DNA from: an uncultured delta proteobacterium
GTDB lineage: Bacteria > Desulfobacterota > Binatia > Binatales > Binataceae
NCBI GenBank assembly: GCA_963808235.1
Contig: CAWEEQ010000004.1
Location: forward strand, 2,336,001-2,400,000
DNA length: 64,000 nt
Direction of reading: 5' to 3'
The notes beneath the pieces were generated by a model. It ran no database searches and was not told the DNA's origin. It saw only the letters and a list, made by a program, of their open reading frames with translations. Below are positions 49,474 through 57,866 of this stretch, one piece after another. Every line of letters begins with the position of its first letter. Position 1 is the first letter of the stretch. Position numbers and translations under genes: made by a program.

Positions 49474-50310
49474 TTATTTTAATTTCTGGCCCGTCACTGG
49501 GCGACTCAGCAGACCTATCGCGCGCCGCGCGATCGCGCGAGCGGCAAGCGCCCGGACCCGGCTGTAACTCGGCCAGTCGTTAAAGTCGATAATCGCAAAT
49601 CGATCGCCACTCAAGACCGCGTCTCCGCCCCATACCTCAAGACCGAGCGCTGCGGCGGCGGTCGAGGCGGCCTCCGACAGCGCGCGGACGCTCGCTTCGG
49701 GGACTTCCTCTTCGGGATGTGCGCTGAAATATGCGTTCCCGCTCACGCCATAAAATTTTACGACGCGGCCGGCGACTTCCTGCTGCAGGTAGGCGAAACG
49801 AATCCGCCGCCGTGCGAAATCAGCGAGTATCGATTCGATCTCGGCGCGCTCGGACGCGCGCTGCACGTCTTTGGGGCCAAGCGCGTGGAGATCGCCACGC
49901 TTTACGAACACGCCCGCCGACAGGTCGAGGCCGGCGAGTTTGCGCGCGTCCAATGGCTCGTCGGTCGCGACCAGCGCACCCACCGGCGTCGGTACGCCGG
50001 CGCGTTCGAGGCCGGGCGCGAGCAGGTCGCGATAGCAGTTGCGAATCGAGAGCGCGGAATTGACCGCAATCGCGCCCGCCTGCTCAGCCTCGGCAAGACG
50101 CTTGAGAGCTCGACCACCCTGGCACATCGGCAGAACTATGTCGGCACGCGCGGGCGCGCCGTTGCCAAAGCTGGCCGCGTCGATAGCCGCAGTCTCGACC
50201 CCTTCGCGCTTCAATTCCGTCAGGGTCGCGTCCATGATGGCCGCGTCGAGCTCGACCTTGCCGGGAGAAAATTCGGGTTCGCGGTAGATTCCCAAAGCGC
50301 GATAATTCAT
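49474..50310 (-). CDS. ATP-grasp fold protein of unknown function
   Basis: VN, VFVKRGD.H, QQEVAG..VKFYGV, GLEVWGGD and IIDFNDWPS motifs of ATP-grasp enzymes. Confidence 0.7.
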   Translation of the reverse strand: MNYRALGIYREPEFSPGKVELDAAIMDATLTELKREGVETAAIDAASFGNGAPARADIVLPMCQGGRALKRLAEAEQAGAIAVNSALSIRNCYRDLLAPGLERAGVPTPVGALVATDEPLDARKLAGLDLSAGVFVKRGDLHALGPKDVQRASERAEIESILADFARRRIRFAYLQQEVAGRVVKFYGVSGNAYFSAHPEEEVPEASVRALSEAASTAAAALGLEVWGGDAVLSGDRFAIIDFNDWPSYSRVRALAARAIARRAIGLLSRPVTGQKLK

Positions 50311-51032
50311 TGGGTGCTCCGTAGCGCACGCCGGGCGGCATCGAGATCCGGCTCTTCGTCAACGTCAATCGCACCATCGATCTCGATTGCGCCGAGATGG
50401 AATTGCCGTTCGATCAGCATCGCAAGAAACCGGCGGAGCGCGTCGAGCCCGGCGCCTCGAGCTTCGCCGGCGAAGTCGAAAATCCGGGTCGACAAAAAAT
50501 AAAGTCCCGCCGTTACCGTTTGAGTCTGAACGCCGCCCAGCCGCACGATCAACCCATCTACTGTTACATCGGCGAAAAGCGCCCGGTTATCGCCGCGCCA
50601 TCGCGTAACGGCCAACACACCATCGAGATTTTTGTCGTTGGATAGCTCAATTTTTCGGCGCGCGTCATTAACAAATCTCGCCAATTCTGTCTGCGGAATT
50701 ACAGCGTCCACCGTCGCCGCGAGGAACCATCCCGGTTCCAGCAGCTCGCCGAGCGCGAGCATCGTCTCCATCGAATTGGCTGTGTTACGAACGACCAGTT
50801 TGACGTCGGGTGGGGTCGGGAGCCTCATTTCATCGGCGATACGCGCGGTTTCGGAGTTGATCACCGCGACGACAGATGATGCGCCCGCCGCGATCAGCGC
50901 GCGTGCCTGCCGCACCAGCATCGTCTCGCCGCCAAGCTCGACGAGCGGTTTTGGCAAGTCGGCACGCGTCGATTTGCGCAGCCGCTCACCGCGGCCCGCC
51001 GCGATGATTGCTCCTTGCAATTTCGTCACCAT
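50307..51032 (-). CDS. NTP-transferase (sugar- or polyol-phosphate nucleotidyltransferase)
   Basis: AIIAAGRGERL..PKPL signature, TVD and DVD..D motifs. Confidence 0.85.
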   Translation of the reverse strand: MVTKLQGAIIAAGRGERLRKSTRADLPKPLVELGGETMLVRQARALIAAGASSVVAVINSETARIADEMRLPTPPDVKLVVRNTANSMETMLALGELLEPGWFLAATVDAVIPQTELARFVNDARRKIELSNDKNLDGVLAVTRWRGDNRALFADVTVDGLIVRLGGVQTQTVTAGLYFLSTRIFDFAGEARGAGLDALRRFLAMLIERQFHLGAIEIDGAIDVDEEPDLDAARRALRSTQ

Positions 51033-51775
51033 TGGATCCGCCCGACTTCATCGATCGAGCCGATCGTAATGTCCGCAAGAGCGTCCGCACCCTCGGGAGG
51101 GGTGCGATTCAAATCCGTGCGCAGCCAAACAGTTCTGAGGCCGAGTTTCTTCGCGGGTGCGCAATCTTTGCTCAGCGAGTCGCCGATTATGGCAGTTCTC
51201 TCGGCAGTCGTTTGGCCTGCGGCTCGCATTTTCTTCAACGCGAATTCGAAAATTCCGGGTTCGGGTTTAAAAATTCCTAGCCGCGACGAATCCGCGATCG
51301 CGTCGAAGAATCGATCGAGGCGCGCGTCGGCGAGAATCCGATCGAGATTCCCATAAAAATTCGACACCACGCCCATCCGGTAACGGCCTCGGAGCGCGGC
51401 GAGGACGTCGCGGCTGTGCTCCAATCCGGCCAACGTCTCACGCACGAATGAACTCGTTACCGCCTCGACTACTCGATGACGCCCCTTTGCGCCGCCTTCG
51501 TCCAGTAACGCCCGGATTTTCGGCGGCCCGCTTTGCCGAAGATATTCAAACTGATGGCCAACGAGGAATCGCACCAGGTCGATCAAGCCGAAGCGAGTGA
51601 CGATCCGCGTGGCCCCATAGCCAATCCTGGTCGCATGGTCGAAGGCCGGGTCGAGTTCCGCGCGGCTGATCTCGACTCCTGCGGCGCGATAATCCGCGAG
51701 GAACCGGTCGAGCCAATGCGCGGGCCCGTCGAGCGTGCCGCCGAAATCGAACAGGATTGCCTCTATGTTTGCCAC
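51026..51775 (-). CDS. HAD-IA family hydrolase
   Basis: LFDFGGTLD, VVSNFYGN, KP.P.IF and IGDS..KD motifs. Confidence 0.85.
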   Translation of the reverse strand: MANIEAILFDFGGTLDGPAHWLDRFLADYRAAGVEISRAELDPAFDHATRIGYGATRIVTRFGLIDLVRFLVGHQFEYLRQSGPPKIRALLDEGGAKGRHRVVEAVTSSFVRETLAGLEHSRDVLAALRGRYRMGVVSNFYGNLDRILADARLDRFFDAIADSSRLGIFKPEPGIFEFALKKMRAAGQTTAERTAIIGDSLSKDCAPAKKLGLRTVWLRTDLNRTPPEGADALADITIGSIDEVGRIQW

Positions 51776-52248
51776 GAACGCTCCAGCTTAACAGTCGTGA
51801 TACCCAGCCTCTAGCATGCGGTTTGAAAACCCGATGAAAGGGTCACATCGCAAGCCGCGTACCATCGATGATCCCGCGATCTGGAGCCGATTTCGTCCAT
51901 CAATGCTTCGCTCGCTCCGGACTCGCTTTCGCAACAGGCACCTGGCGCCCCGCAGACCAGCTTGAGGGCGCAAAAAATGCTGTCCGTTGCTATTCCGAGT
52001 GTAGACCTACGTCGATTTGACGGTGTTCTCCAAGTAACGCGCTGACCATCAAGAGTTCGTCGGTATAGTTCTCGGCTGGTGCGGGTTGGCGGAGGGTGTG
52101 GACTGCTGAAATTTGGCCCTCGTCAAACAAGGTTCCTGAAGGCTATAATTTAGGAGATGAAAGCCCGGCGGAACCAACAATCAAACTCATAATTCGGGCC
52201 CGGAGCTAGTAGCCGGGCTACTTCCGCTGCGGTTACCCCTGTGTTACG

Positions 52249-53484
52249 TTGACCGCGACCTGTACGCGGCTGAACGAAAACGGTTTTACTAGAACGTTGT
52301 TAATAGAAACTGCACTAATCGCCGCGCCTAACCGCGCGGACAATGCGATTTTCGGGCGCCCGCTCCTGGAGCGGCTGATGATTAATTGCGAGCGCGTCGG
52401 CGTGAAGCGGTTCGTGATCGCGGCGCCATCGGCACAGCATCAGGAACTCGGACACGCGATGGGCCGGTTCAAAAATCTTGACACGGTCTCAATCGTCGAG
52501 TCGTTCGGCGAGGTCTTGGACGCCAGTAGCGCGAATGGGGCGGCAATCGACCCGTCGGCGCCTTGCGTCACATTTTCAGGAAACCTGGTTTTCGCGAAAT
52601 CGCATCTGACGCGGATTTTCGCTTTGCACGCGGCGAGTCCTGAAAGGGTGCATCGCGCGGAAAGCACCGACCGCGATCACGGCGGAGAGATCGCAACCGG
52701 ACCGATCGGTCAGATTCTCGAACGCGCCGGAATCGCGACTATGCTCACGCCGGCCGCGTCCCGCCTGTTGCCATTCGCACTGAACGGACGGCCTGAGGAT
52801 CGTGAGGAGGCGGAGCTGCGGCTGGCGCAAGCCGTCCGCGAGGAATCCGCACACAAGGACGCGCCGATGGCGCGCTGGGTCGATCGGCGTGTCTCGTGGC
52901 GAATCAGCTACTGGCTCGCGACGCACACCTCGATCACGCCCAACATGGTCACGGTCGCAAACACCACGTTCGGACTCGGATGCGCATTCATGTTCGCGGT
53001 GCCGAATTACTGGGCGCGGCTGTTCGCGGCGATATTCTTTCTCATTTCCGTAACGATTGACGGTGTGGACGGCGAGCTCGCACGCCTCAAGATGCAGGAG
53101 AGCGATTTCGGCGGCTCGCTGGATGTCATCACTGACAACGTCGTTCATGTCGGAATCTTCATCGGCCTGCTCGCGGGATGCTATCGCGCGAGCCAAAGCG
53201 CTGCGTACCTGTACCTGATTCCGATTCTGCTGATTGGATTCGCGATGTGCGCCTATGCGACCTGGCGCGCCTTCAAGTTCAAGGGCGAGCAGGCCGCGGC
53301 GTGGCTGGACAAGGTCGATCGATGGAGCGGGCGCGACTTCGCGTACCTGCTGGTGCTGTTGGCTGCAATCAATCGGCTGGAGTGGTTCGCGTGGGGCACC
53401 GCGTTTGGCACCTATGTCTTCGCAGTCGCGCTCATCTGGATCACCGGCCATTCACGATCTCCGTTGTCTGCTGAGAGCCCGTAG
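52249..53484 (+). CDS. CDP-alcohol phosphotransferase with an N-terminal degenerate NTP-transferase-like domain (start uncertain)
   Basis: TPNMVT and DGVDGELAR..S.FG..LD...D CDP-alcohol phosphotransferase motif; N-terminal IFGRPLLERL.. segment. Confidence 0.85.
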   Translation: MTATCTRLNENGFTRTLLIETALIAAPNRADNAIFGRPLLERLMINCERVGVKRFVIAAPSAQHQELGHAMGRFKNLDTVSIVESFGEVLDASSANGAAIDPSAPCVTFSGNLVFAKSHLTRIFALHAASPERVHRAESTDRDHGGEIATGPIGQILERAGIATMLTPAASRLLPFALNGRPEDREEAELRLAQAVREESAHKDAPMARWVDRRVSWRISYWLATHTSITPNMVTVANTTFGLGCAFMFAVPNYWARLFAAIFFLISVTIDGVDGELARLKMQESDFGGSLDVITDNVVHVGIFIGLLAGCYRASQSAAYLYLIPILLIGFAMCAYATWRAFKFKGEQAAAWLDKVDRWSGRDFAYLLVLLAAINRLEWFAWGTAFGTYVFAVALIWITGHSRSPLSAESP

Positions 53485-53511
53485 CTGAGCGTCGCTGCGG
53501 GCGGAGGAAGT

Positions 53512-54843
53512 ATGAAAGGTAAGAAGCCGAAACTCCTGTTGGTGCAACCTACGACCGTCCATCTGGACGGCACTCCGCACAAAACCCGCTGGCGGCTGAT
53601 TATGGGGCTGATGATTCCCCTGATGGCGGGACTGACTCCGGACGATTTCGACGTGACGCTGTGCGACGAGCGACTCGAGGAAATCGATTTCGACGGCGGC
53701 TGGGACCTGGTCGGGATGACCACCACGATCGGCGCGTCGCTGCGCGCTTATCAGCTAGGCGACGAATTTCGCCGGCGCGGAATCCCGGTAGTGTTCGGCG
53801 GATTTCATGCAACTCTGCAGACCGAAGAAGCGCTCCATCATTGCGACGCGGTCGTGCAGGGAGAGGCTGACCTGGTCTGGCCCGAGCTGCTGCAGGACTG
53901 GCAGGACGGCAAGCTCAAGCAAGTCTACAAAGCCGACAAGATGCACGATCTGAAAAATCTCCCACGCCCGCGCCATGAGCTGCTCAAGCTCAACCGCTAC
54001 CTGTTCAAAGCGGTGCCGGTGCAGGCGAGCCGGGGATGCCCATATCGATGCTCGTTCTGCGAAATTCCGGTCTTCTATGAAGGCGCGTACCGGACCCGGC
54101 CTATCGAGGACATCGTCGAAGAGATCAAGCAGGTGGTGAAAATCACCGGCTTCAGGCGCTTCCAGTTTATCGACGATCAGATCACCGGCAAGCATAAGTT
54201 CGCGCGTGAGCTATTCAAGGCGCTCGAGCCCTTGAACATCCGGTTCTCATGCCTGTGGACGATCAACTCGAACCATGACGACGACTTGCTCGAGCTGGCG
54301 GCCAAGGCGGGAATCTTCCACGTCAATATCGGGGTCGAATCGATCAGCCAGGAAAGCCTGCTCTCGATGAACAAGATCCAGAATCACGCGGGGCAGTATA
54401 AGAAGCTGCTGAAGAAGCTCGAGAAATACGGCATCTACTATTCGCTCAATTTCCTGTTCGGGCTGGAAGAAGATCATCCCGGCATCTTCGACGACACGCT
54501 CAAGTTCCTGCATGAGGTCAAGGCGCCCGAGGCGTTCTTCAACACGGTGACGCCGCGCCGCGGCACGCCGATGCGCACGCAGCTCGAGAACGAGGGCCGC
54601 GTGATCATCCCCGACGCCGACCTCTACACCAACAACTTCCGCTGCATGTTCGTGCCCAAGAACATGTCGCCGCAGGAAGTCGAAGAAGGCGTGTGGCGAT
54701 GCACGAAGGAATTCTACTCGCTGAAGTCGATGTTCCGCCGGCTGCTGATGCCGCCCGGGAAGTTCACCTGGCAGGGCCTGACTGAGAACATGCTCTTCTA
54801 CTGGGGCGCGAAGCGGCAGATCGATCCGGTCGATTACTATTAG
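53512..54843 (+). CDS. B12-binding-domain radical SAM protein
   Basis: AGLTP, VVFGGFHAT, GEA, SRGCPYRCSFC, IGVES and TP..GT motifs. Confidence 0.88.
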   Translation: MKGKKPKLLLVQPTTVHLDGTPHKTRWRLIMGLMIPLMAGLTPDDFDVTLCDERLEEIDFDGGWDLVGMTTTIGASLRAYQLGDEFRRRGIPVVFGGFHATLQTEEALHHCDAVVQGEADLVWPELLQDWQDGKLKQVYKADKMHDLKNLPRPRHELLKLNRYLFKAVPVQASRGCPYRCSFCEIPVFYEGAYRTRPIEDIVEEIKQVVKITGFRRFQFIDDQITGKHKFARELFKALEPLNIRFSCLWTINSNHDDDLLELAAKAGIFHVNIGVESISQESLLSMNKIQNHAGQYKKLLKKLEKYGIYYSLNFLFGLEEDHPGIFDDTLKFLHEVKAPEAFFNTVTPRRGTPMRTQLENEGRVIIPDADLYTNNFRCMFVPKNMSPQEVEEGVWRCTKEFYSLKSMFRRLLMPPGKFTWQGLTENMLFYWGAKRQIDPVDYY

Positions 54844-54855
54844 GCCGTCCGGTCT

Positions 54856-55171
54856 TTGATCCTAAAGACTTCCGCCATCCTCGTGCTTGGCCGCGCTGCT
54901 TGAAGTCGGCGGCGATGCGCTCATCCGAATCGGGCTGCGCGGAACGGGCTACTCGATCGTAGCCGGCGCGCTGACGCTGTTCGCATACGGCGTAGTGGTG
55001 AATCTGAGCGGTGTGGATTTCAACCGCCTGATGGGAATCTACATCGCGGTCTTCTTCGTAGTGTCGCAGGCGATCTCGTTTATTCTCTTCAAGCAGATTC
55101 CCGACGACAGAATCCTGCTCGGCGGCGGATTTATCGTCGCCGGCGGCCTCCTGATCCTGCTGATGACCTGA
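54856..55171 (+). CDS. Small membrane protein, YnfA/SMR-like (possible frameshift near 54887)
   Basis: AALLEVGGDA, F.RLMG.YIA.FF and four hydrophobic helices. Confidence 0.65.
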
Positions 55172-55451
55172 TCCGCTTGCCCGCTCAGGATTTGAATTCG
55201 GCCTTCAGCCGATCCGCGACGAACATCTTCAGCAGCGATTGATAGGGCACGTCGCGCTTGTTTGCCAGGAGCTTCAAGCGATCCAGCATTGGCTTCGGCA
55301 GACGGATCGAGATGGTCTGGGACGAGGGCTTCAGGTTGGGCAGTCGCGCGCCTGGCCTCGCGCCAGTCAATGTAATCCGTCGAGTCGTGAGACGCCCAAA
55401 ACTTGCGCTCGGCATCTTCGCTCCTGAATTTCGGGTAGTGGGTCAGTTTGC

Positions 55452-55676
55452 CGATTTACGCGGTTAACCAACGCGTTTTCAAAGAAAGTCGAAAACCATA
55501 TGCATGCGCTTTCGATCTACTTCATGCACTATAGTTTCGTGCGTATCCATCAGACGCTCCGATGCTCGCCCGCGATGGAAGCTGGCGTCACTGACCGGCT
55601 CTGGTCGCTTGTAGATATGGTCGGAATCGTGGACGAATGGGAAACGAGCCAGAAGGCAGAGCAGCAGAGTGCATAA
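55452..55676 (+). pseudogene. C-terminal remnant of an IS1-like DDE transposase
   Basis: RFTRLTNAFSKKVENH..YFMHYSFVRIHQTLRCSPAMEAGVTDRLW, with no start codon, fused directly to the left inverted repeat. Confidence 0.85.
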
Positions 55677-55904
55677 ATGAACCAGAACGGCCTTCCGATG
55701 TTAGTTCTTGTTGTCGGCTTCGGTCTCTGGTGGGTACTAGCGCCCCGAAGCGTGATCCGTTTCTACTGTTGGTTCTATCCAAGTCCCAAAAATGCTTTTG
55801 CACGAGCAACGCCGCTTAGGATTAGGCTGGCGGGACTGACGTGGTTAATTTTGCTCGCTTGGGTTCTTATCTCGGTAGCACTTCACCCGCGGACTTCAAA
55901 CTGA
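55677..55904 (+). CDS. Passenger small two-TM membrane protein
   Basis: ATG immediately follows the transposase TAA; two hydrophobic segments; stop codon lies inside the right inverted repeat. Confidence 0.6.
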   Translation: MNQNGLPMLVLVVGFGLWWVLAPRSVIRFYCWFYPSPKNAFARATPLRIRLAGLTWLILLAWVLISVALHPRTSN

Positions 55905-55967
55905 CCCACTTCCGAATTTCGGCAGCGGTTTCTTCATGATGGTCGCATTTAGTATAGCGCGGATGAT

Positions 55968-56813
55968 TCAGGGCTGCAGGACGGTATTGTCTATCAGCCG
56001 CGTCTTGCCGACGCGCGCGGCGATCGCAATCAGGATCGGCCGGTCCAGCGACGGGTCCGGCGCGAGGGTTTCGGCGTCGACCGCCTCGACGTATTCAACC
56101 GCCACATTTTTCATCCGCTTGAGCACGCGCGTCGCCGCGAACACGATCTCCTCGGTGCAACACGCGCCGGTGCGATGCTTTTCGCGGGCCGCGCGGAGCG
56201 CGAGGCTCAGCGCAAGCGCATCTTCGCGCTCGGCGGGCGAGAGGTATGCGTTGCGCGAACTCATCGCGAGGCCGTCCTTCTCGCGCACGATGGGCACCGG
56301 GACAATTTCGACATCGAAGTTCAAATCGCGCACCATCCGCTGAATCGAGCGCAACTGCTGGAAGTCTTTTTCGCCGAAAACTGCGAAATGCGGCTTCACG
56401 ATGTTGAACAGTTTCGCGACCACCGTGGTAACGCCGCGAAAATGGCCCGGGCGATTGCTCCCGCAGAGGCCGCGCGTGACCTCGGTCACTTCGACCCAGC
56501 TCTGCGAGTCCAGCGAGTACATCGTCGAAGGCTCCGGCGCGAATACGATGTCCACCGGCACGGTTTGCAACATCGCGCAGTCACGCTCGAAGTCGCGCGG
56601 ATAGCGTGCGAAATCCTCGCCCGGCCCGAATTGGGTTGGATTGACGAAGATCGACGCGACCAGAATTGAGGACCTTCGGCGCCCTTCGCGCATCAGGGTC
56701 AGATGCCCATCATGCAGATAGCCCATCGTCGGCACTAGCGCGATTCGCTCGCCCCTCTTGCGAGCAGTCTCGGCGCACCGGGTCATCTCGTCGGGCGAAG
56801 TAACAATCTCCAT
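55968..56813 (-). CDS. panC: Pantoate--beta-alanine ligase
   Basis: VPTMGYLHDGH, SIFVNPTQF, RPGHF.GV, GEKDFQQ, GLAMSSRN and TRLIDN motifs; GGAGGAG ribosome-binding site. Confidence 0.95.
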   Translation of the reverse strand: MEIVTSPDEMTRCAETARKRGERIALVPTMGYLHDGHLTLMREGRRRSSILVASIFVNPTQFGPGEDFARYPRDFERDCAMLQTVPVDIVFAPEPSTMYSLDSQSWVEVTEVTRGLCGSNRPGHFRGVTTVVAKLFNIVKPHFAVFGEKDFQQLRSIQRMVRDLNFDVEIVPVPIVREKDGLAMSSRNAYLSPAEREDALALSLALRAAREKHRTGACCTEEIVFAATRVLKRMKNVAVEYVEAVDAETLAPDPSLDRPILIAIAARVGKTRLIDNTVLQP

Positions 56814-56815
56814 CG

Positions 56816-57650
56816 CTAACTCCTCCGATTCTCGCTGTAGCAATGCTCGCGGCGCGGGGAACGCGCGCTCCTTCACTTCGCGCACGTAGGCTGTGGCAGC
56901 GGCCGTGGCGTCGTTCCACAGATGCGCGAACGGCTTGGCGAAGCGCGGCGCACACCCTTCGACAAGGCCGAGCATGTCATGCATCACCAGCACCTGGCCG
57001 TCGCAATGCGGCCCGGCGCCGATGCCGATAGTCGGGACCGCGACGCGCGCGCTGATCTCGCGGGCCAGTGACGGTGGCACGCCTTCCACGACGATCGCGA
57101 ACGCGCCGGCCGCTTCCAGCGCGGCCGCGTCGTCGAGCAGCCGCTGGCGGCATCCTGGTTTGCGGCCCTGCACGCGATATCCACCCATGCGATGAATCGA
57201 CTGCGGGGTAAGGCCGATATGGCCCATCACCGGTATATCAACCGAGGTGATTCGCCGGATCGTCTCGGCAACTGCGATGCCGCCTTCGAGCTTCACCGCC
57301 TCTGCGCCGCCCTCCTTGACCAGTCTGCCCGCGTTGCGAAGCGCTTCCTCGGAACTGATTTGATAGGAGAGGAACGGCATGTCGGCGATGACCAGCGCGC
57401 GCCGCCGGCCGCGGGCGACTGCGCGGGTGTGATAGATGACTTCGTCGATCGTGACGGCAAGGGTGCTGTCCTCGCCGCGCACCGCCATCGCGAGGCTGTC
57501 GCCCACCAGGAGCGCATCGACGCCGCAGTTGTCGAAGATTCTCGCAAATGGAAAGTCGTACGCCGTCAGCATCGTGATCGGCTGGCCGGCAGCCTTCATC
57601 CGCGCGAAATCCGGAACCCGGACTTTGTCCTGCGAGGTATTTGTTTTCAA
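56816..57650 (-). CDS. panB: 3-methyl-2-oxobutanoate hydroxymethyltransferase (a +1 indel near 56850 fuses it to panC in the ORF track)
   Basis: MLTAYD, LVGDSL, DMPF, VKLEGG, GHIGLTPQ and IGIGAG..CDGQVLV motifs; natural C-terminus FPAP-EHCY lies in the shifted frame. Confidence 0.93.
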
Positions 57651-57667
57651 ACGATTCAGCCGCTCCC

Positions 57668-57702
57668 AAAAAAAATCGGGACTGCGCGCGTCGGCAACCC
57701 CG
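57668..57702 (-). terminator. Intrinsic terminator/attenuator in the panB leader
   Basis: mRNA CGGGGUUGC-CGACGCGC-GCAGUCCCG-A-U8, ending 17 nt before the panB start. Confidence 0.75.
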
Positions 57703-57740
57703 TATGAGAGCGCACTCGCTCGAGCGAGCGCTCAGAATCA

Positions 57741-57866
57741 CTCGGAGTCCCGGTCACCAACATCGGATCCAGGCGCGAGCAGAACGTTATGTCTTTTGCC
57801 TCCACTCCGGAGGCGCTCACATCACCCAAGTCTCGCCGGAAGAAAGTCTTCTCGACGGACGAACTC
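57741..57866 (-). ncRNA. pan RNA motif-like leader (two bulged hairpins)
   Basis: CGCCUGGAUCC..GACCGGGAC and CCGUCGAGAAG..CCGGCGAGAC hairpins upstream of panBC and a terminator; resemblance to the pan motif is from recall, not computed. Confidence 0.55.

Larger units (their letters stand above)
55434..55913 (+). mobile_element. 480-bp non-autonomous IS1-like element with a transposase remnant and a passenger ORF
   Basis: 17-bp terminal inverted repeats GGTAGTGGGTCAGTTTG / CAAACTGACCCACTTCC (one mismatch), 8-bp target duplication GAATTTCG at 55426-55433 and 55914-55921, lower GC than the flanks. Confidence 0.9.
55185..55937 (-). pseudogene. CopG/BrnA-type RHH antitoxin interrupted by the mini-IS
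   Basis: Removing 55434-55913 and one target-site copy restores MKKPLPKFRSEDAERKFWASHDSTDY..LPNLKPS..ISIRLP..LANKRDVPYQSLLK; one extra frameshift near 55345. Confidence 0.85.

Noticed and set aside
51776-52248. Riboswitch or ncRNA in the 470-bp divergent intergenic region
   Set aside because: Only a TATAAT (52144-52149) and short hairpins are visible. No recognisable riboswitch consensus or correctly oriented terminator was found.
55968-57650. Apparent 560-aa PanB-PanC fusion protein
   Set aside because: Removing one base near 56850 gives the normal PanB ending FPAP-EHCYSENRRS-stop, and panC has its own GGAGGAG site and ATG at 56813. It is most likely an indel artefact.
128-57650. Many split genes (aldehyde dehydrogenase, dioxygenase, aldolase, selenoprotein, hpnG, hpnD, hpnC, YnfA-like, panB) as programmed frameshifts or pseudogenes
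   Set aside because: The breaks are scattered single-base indels without slippery sequences, catalytic motifs are intact and there are no nonsense mutations apart from the Sec UGA. This fits uncorrected long-read error; read mapping would settle it.
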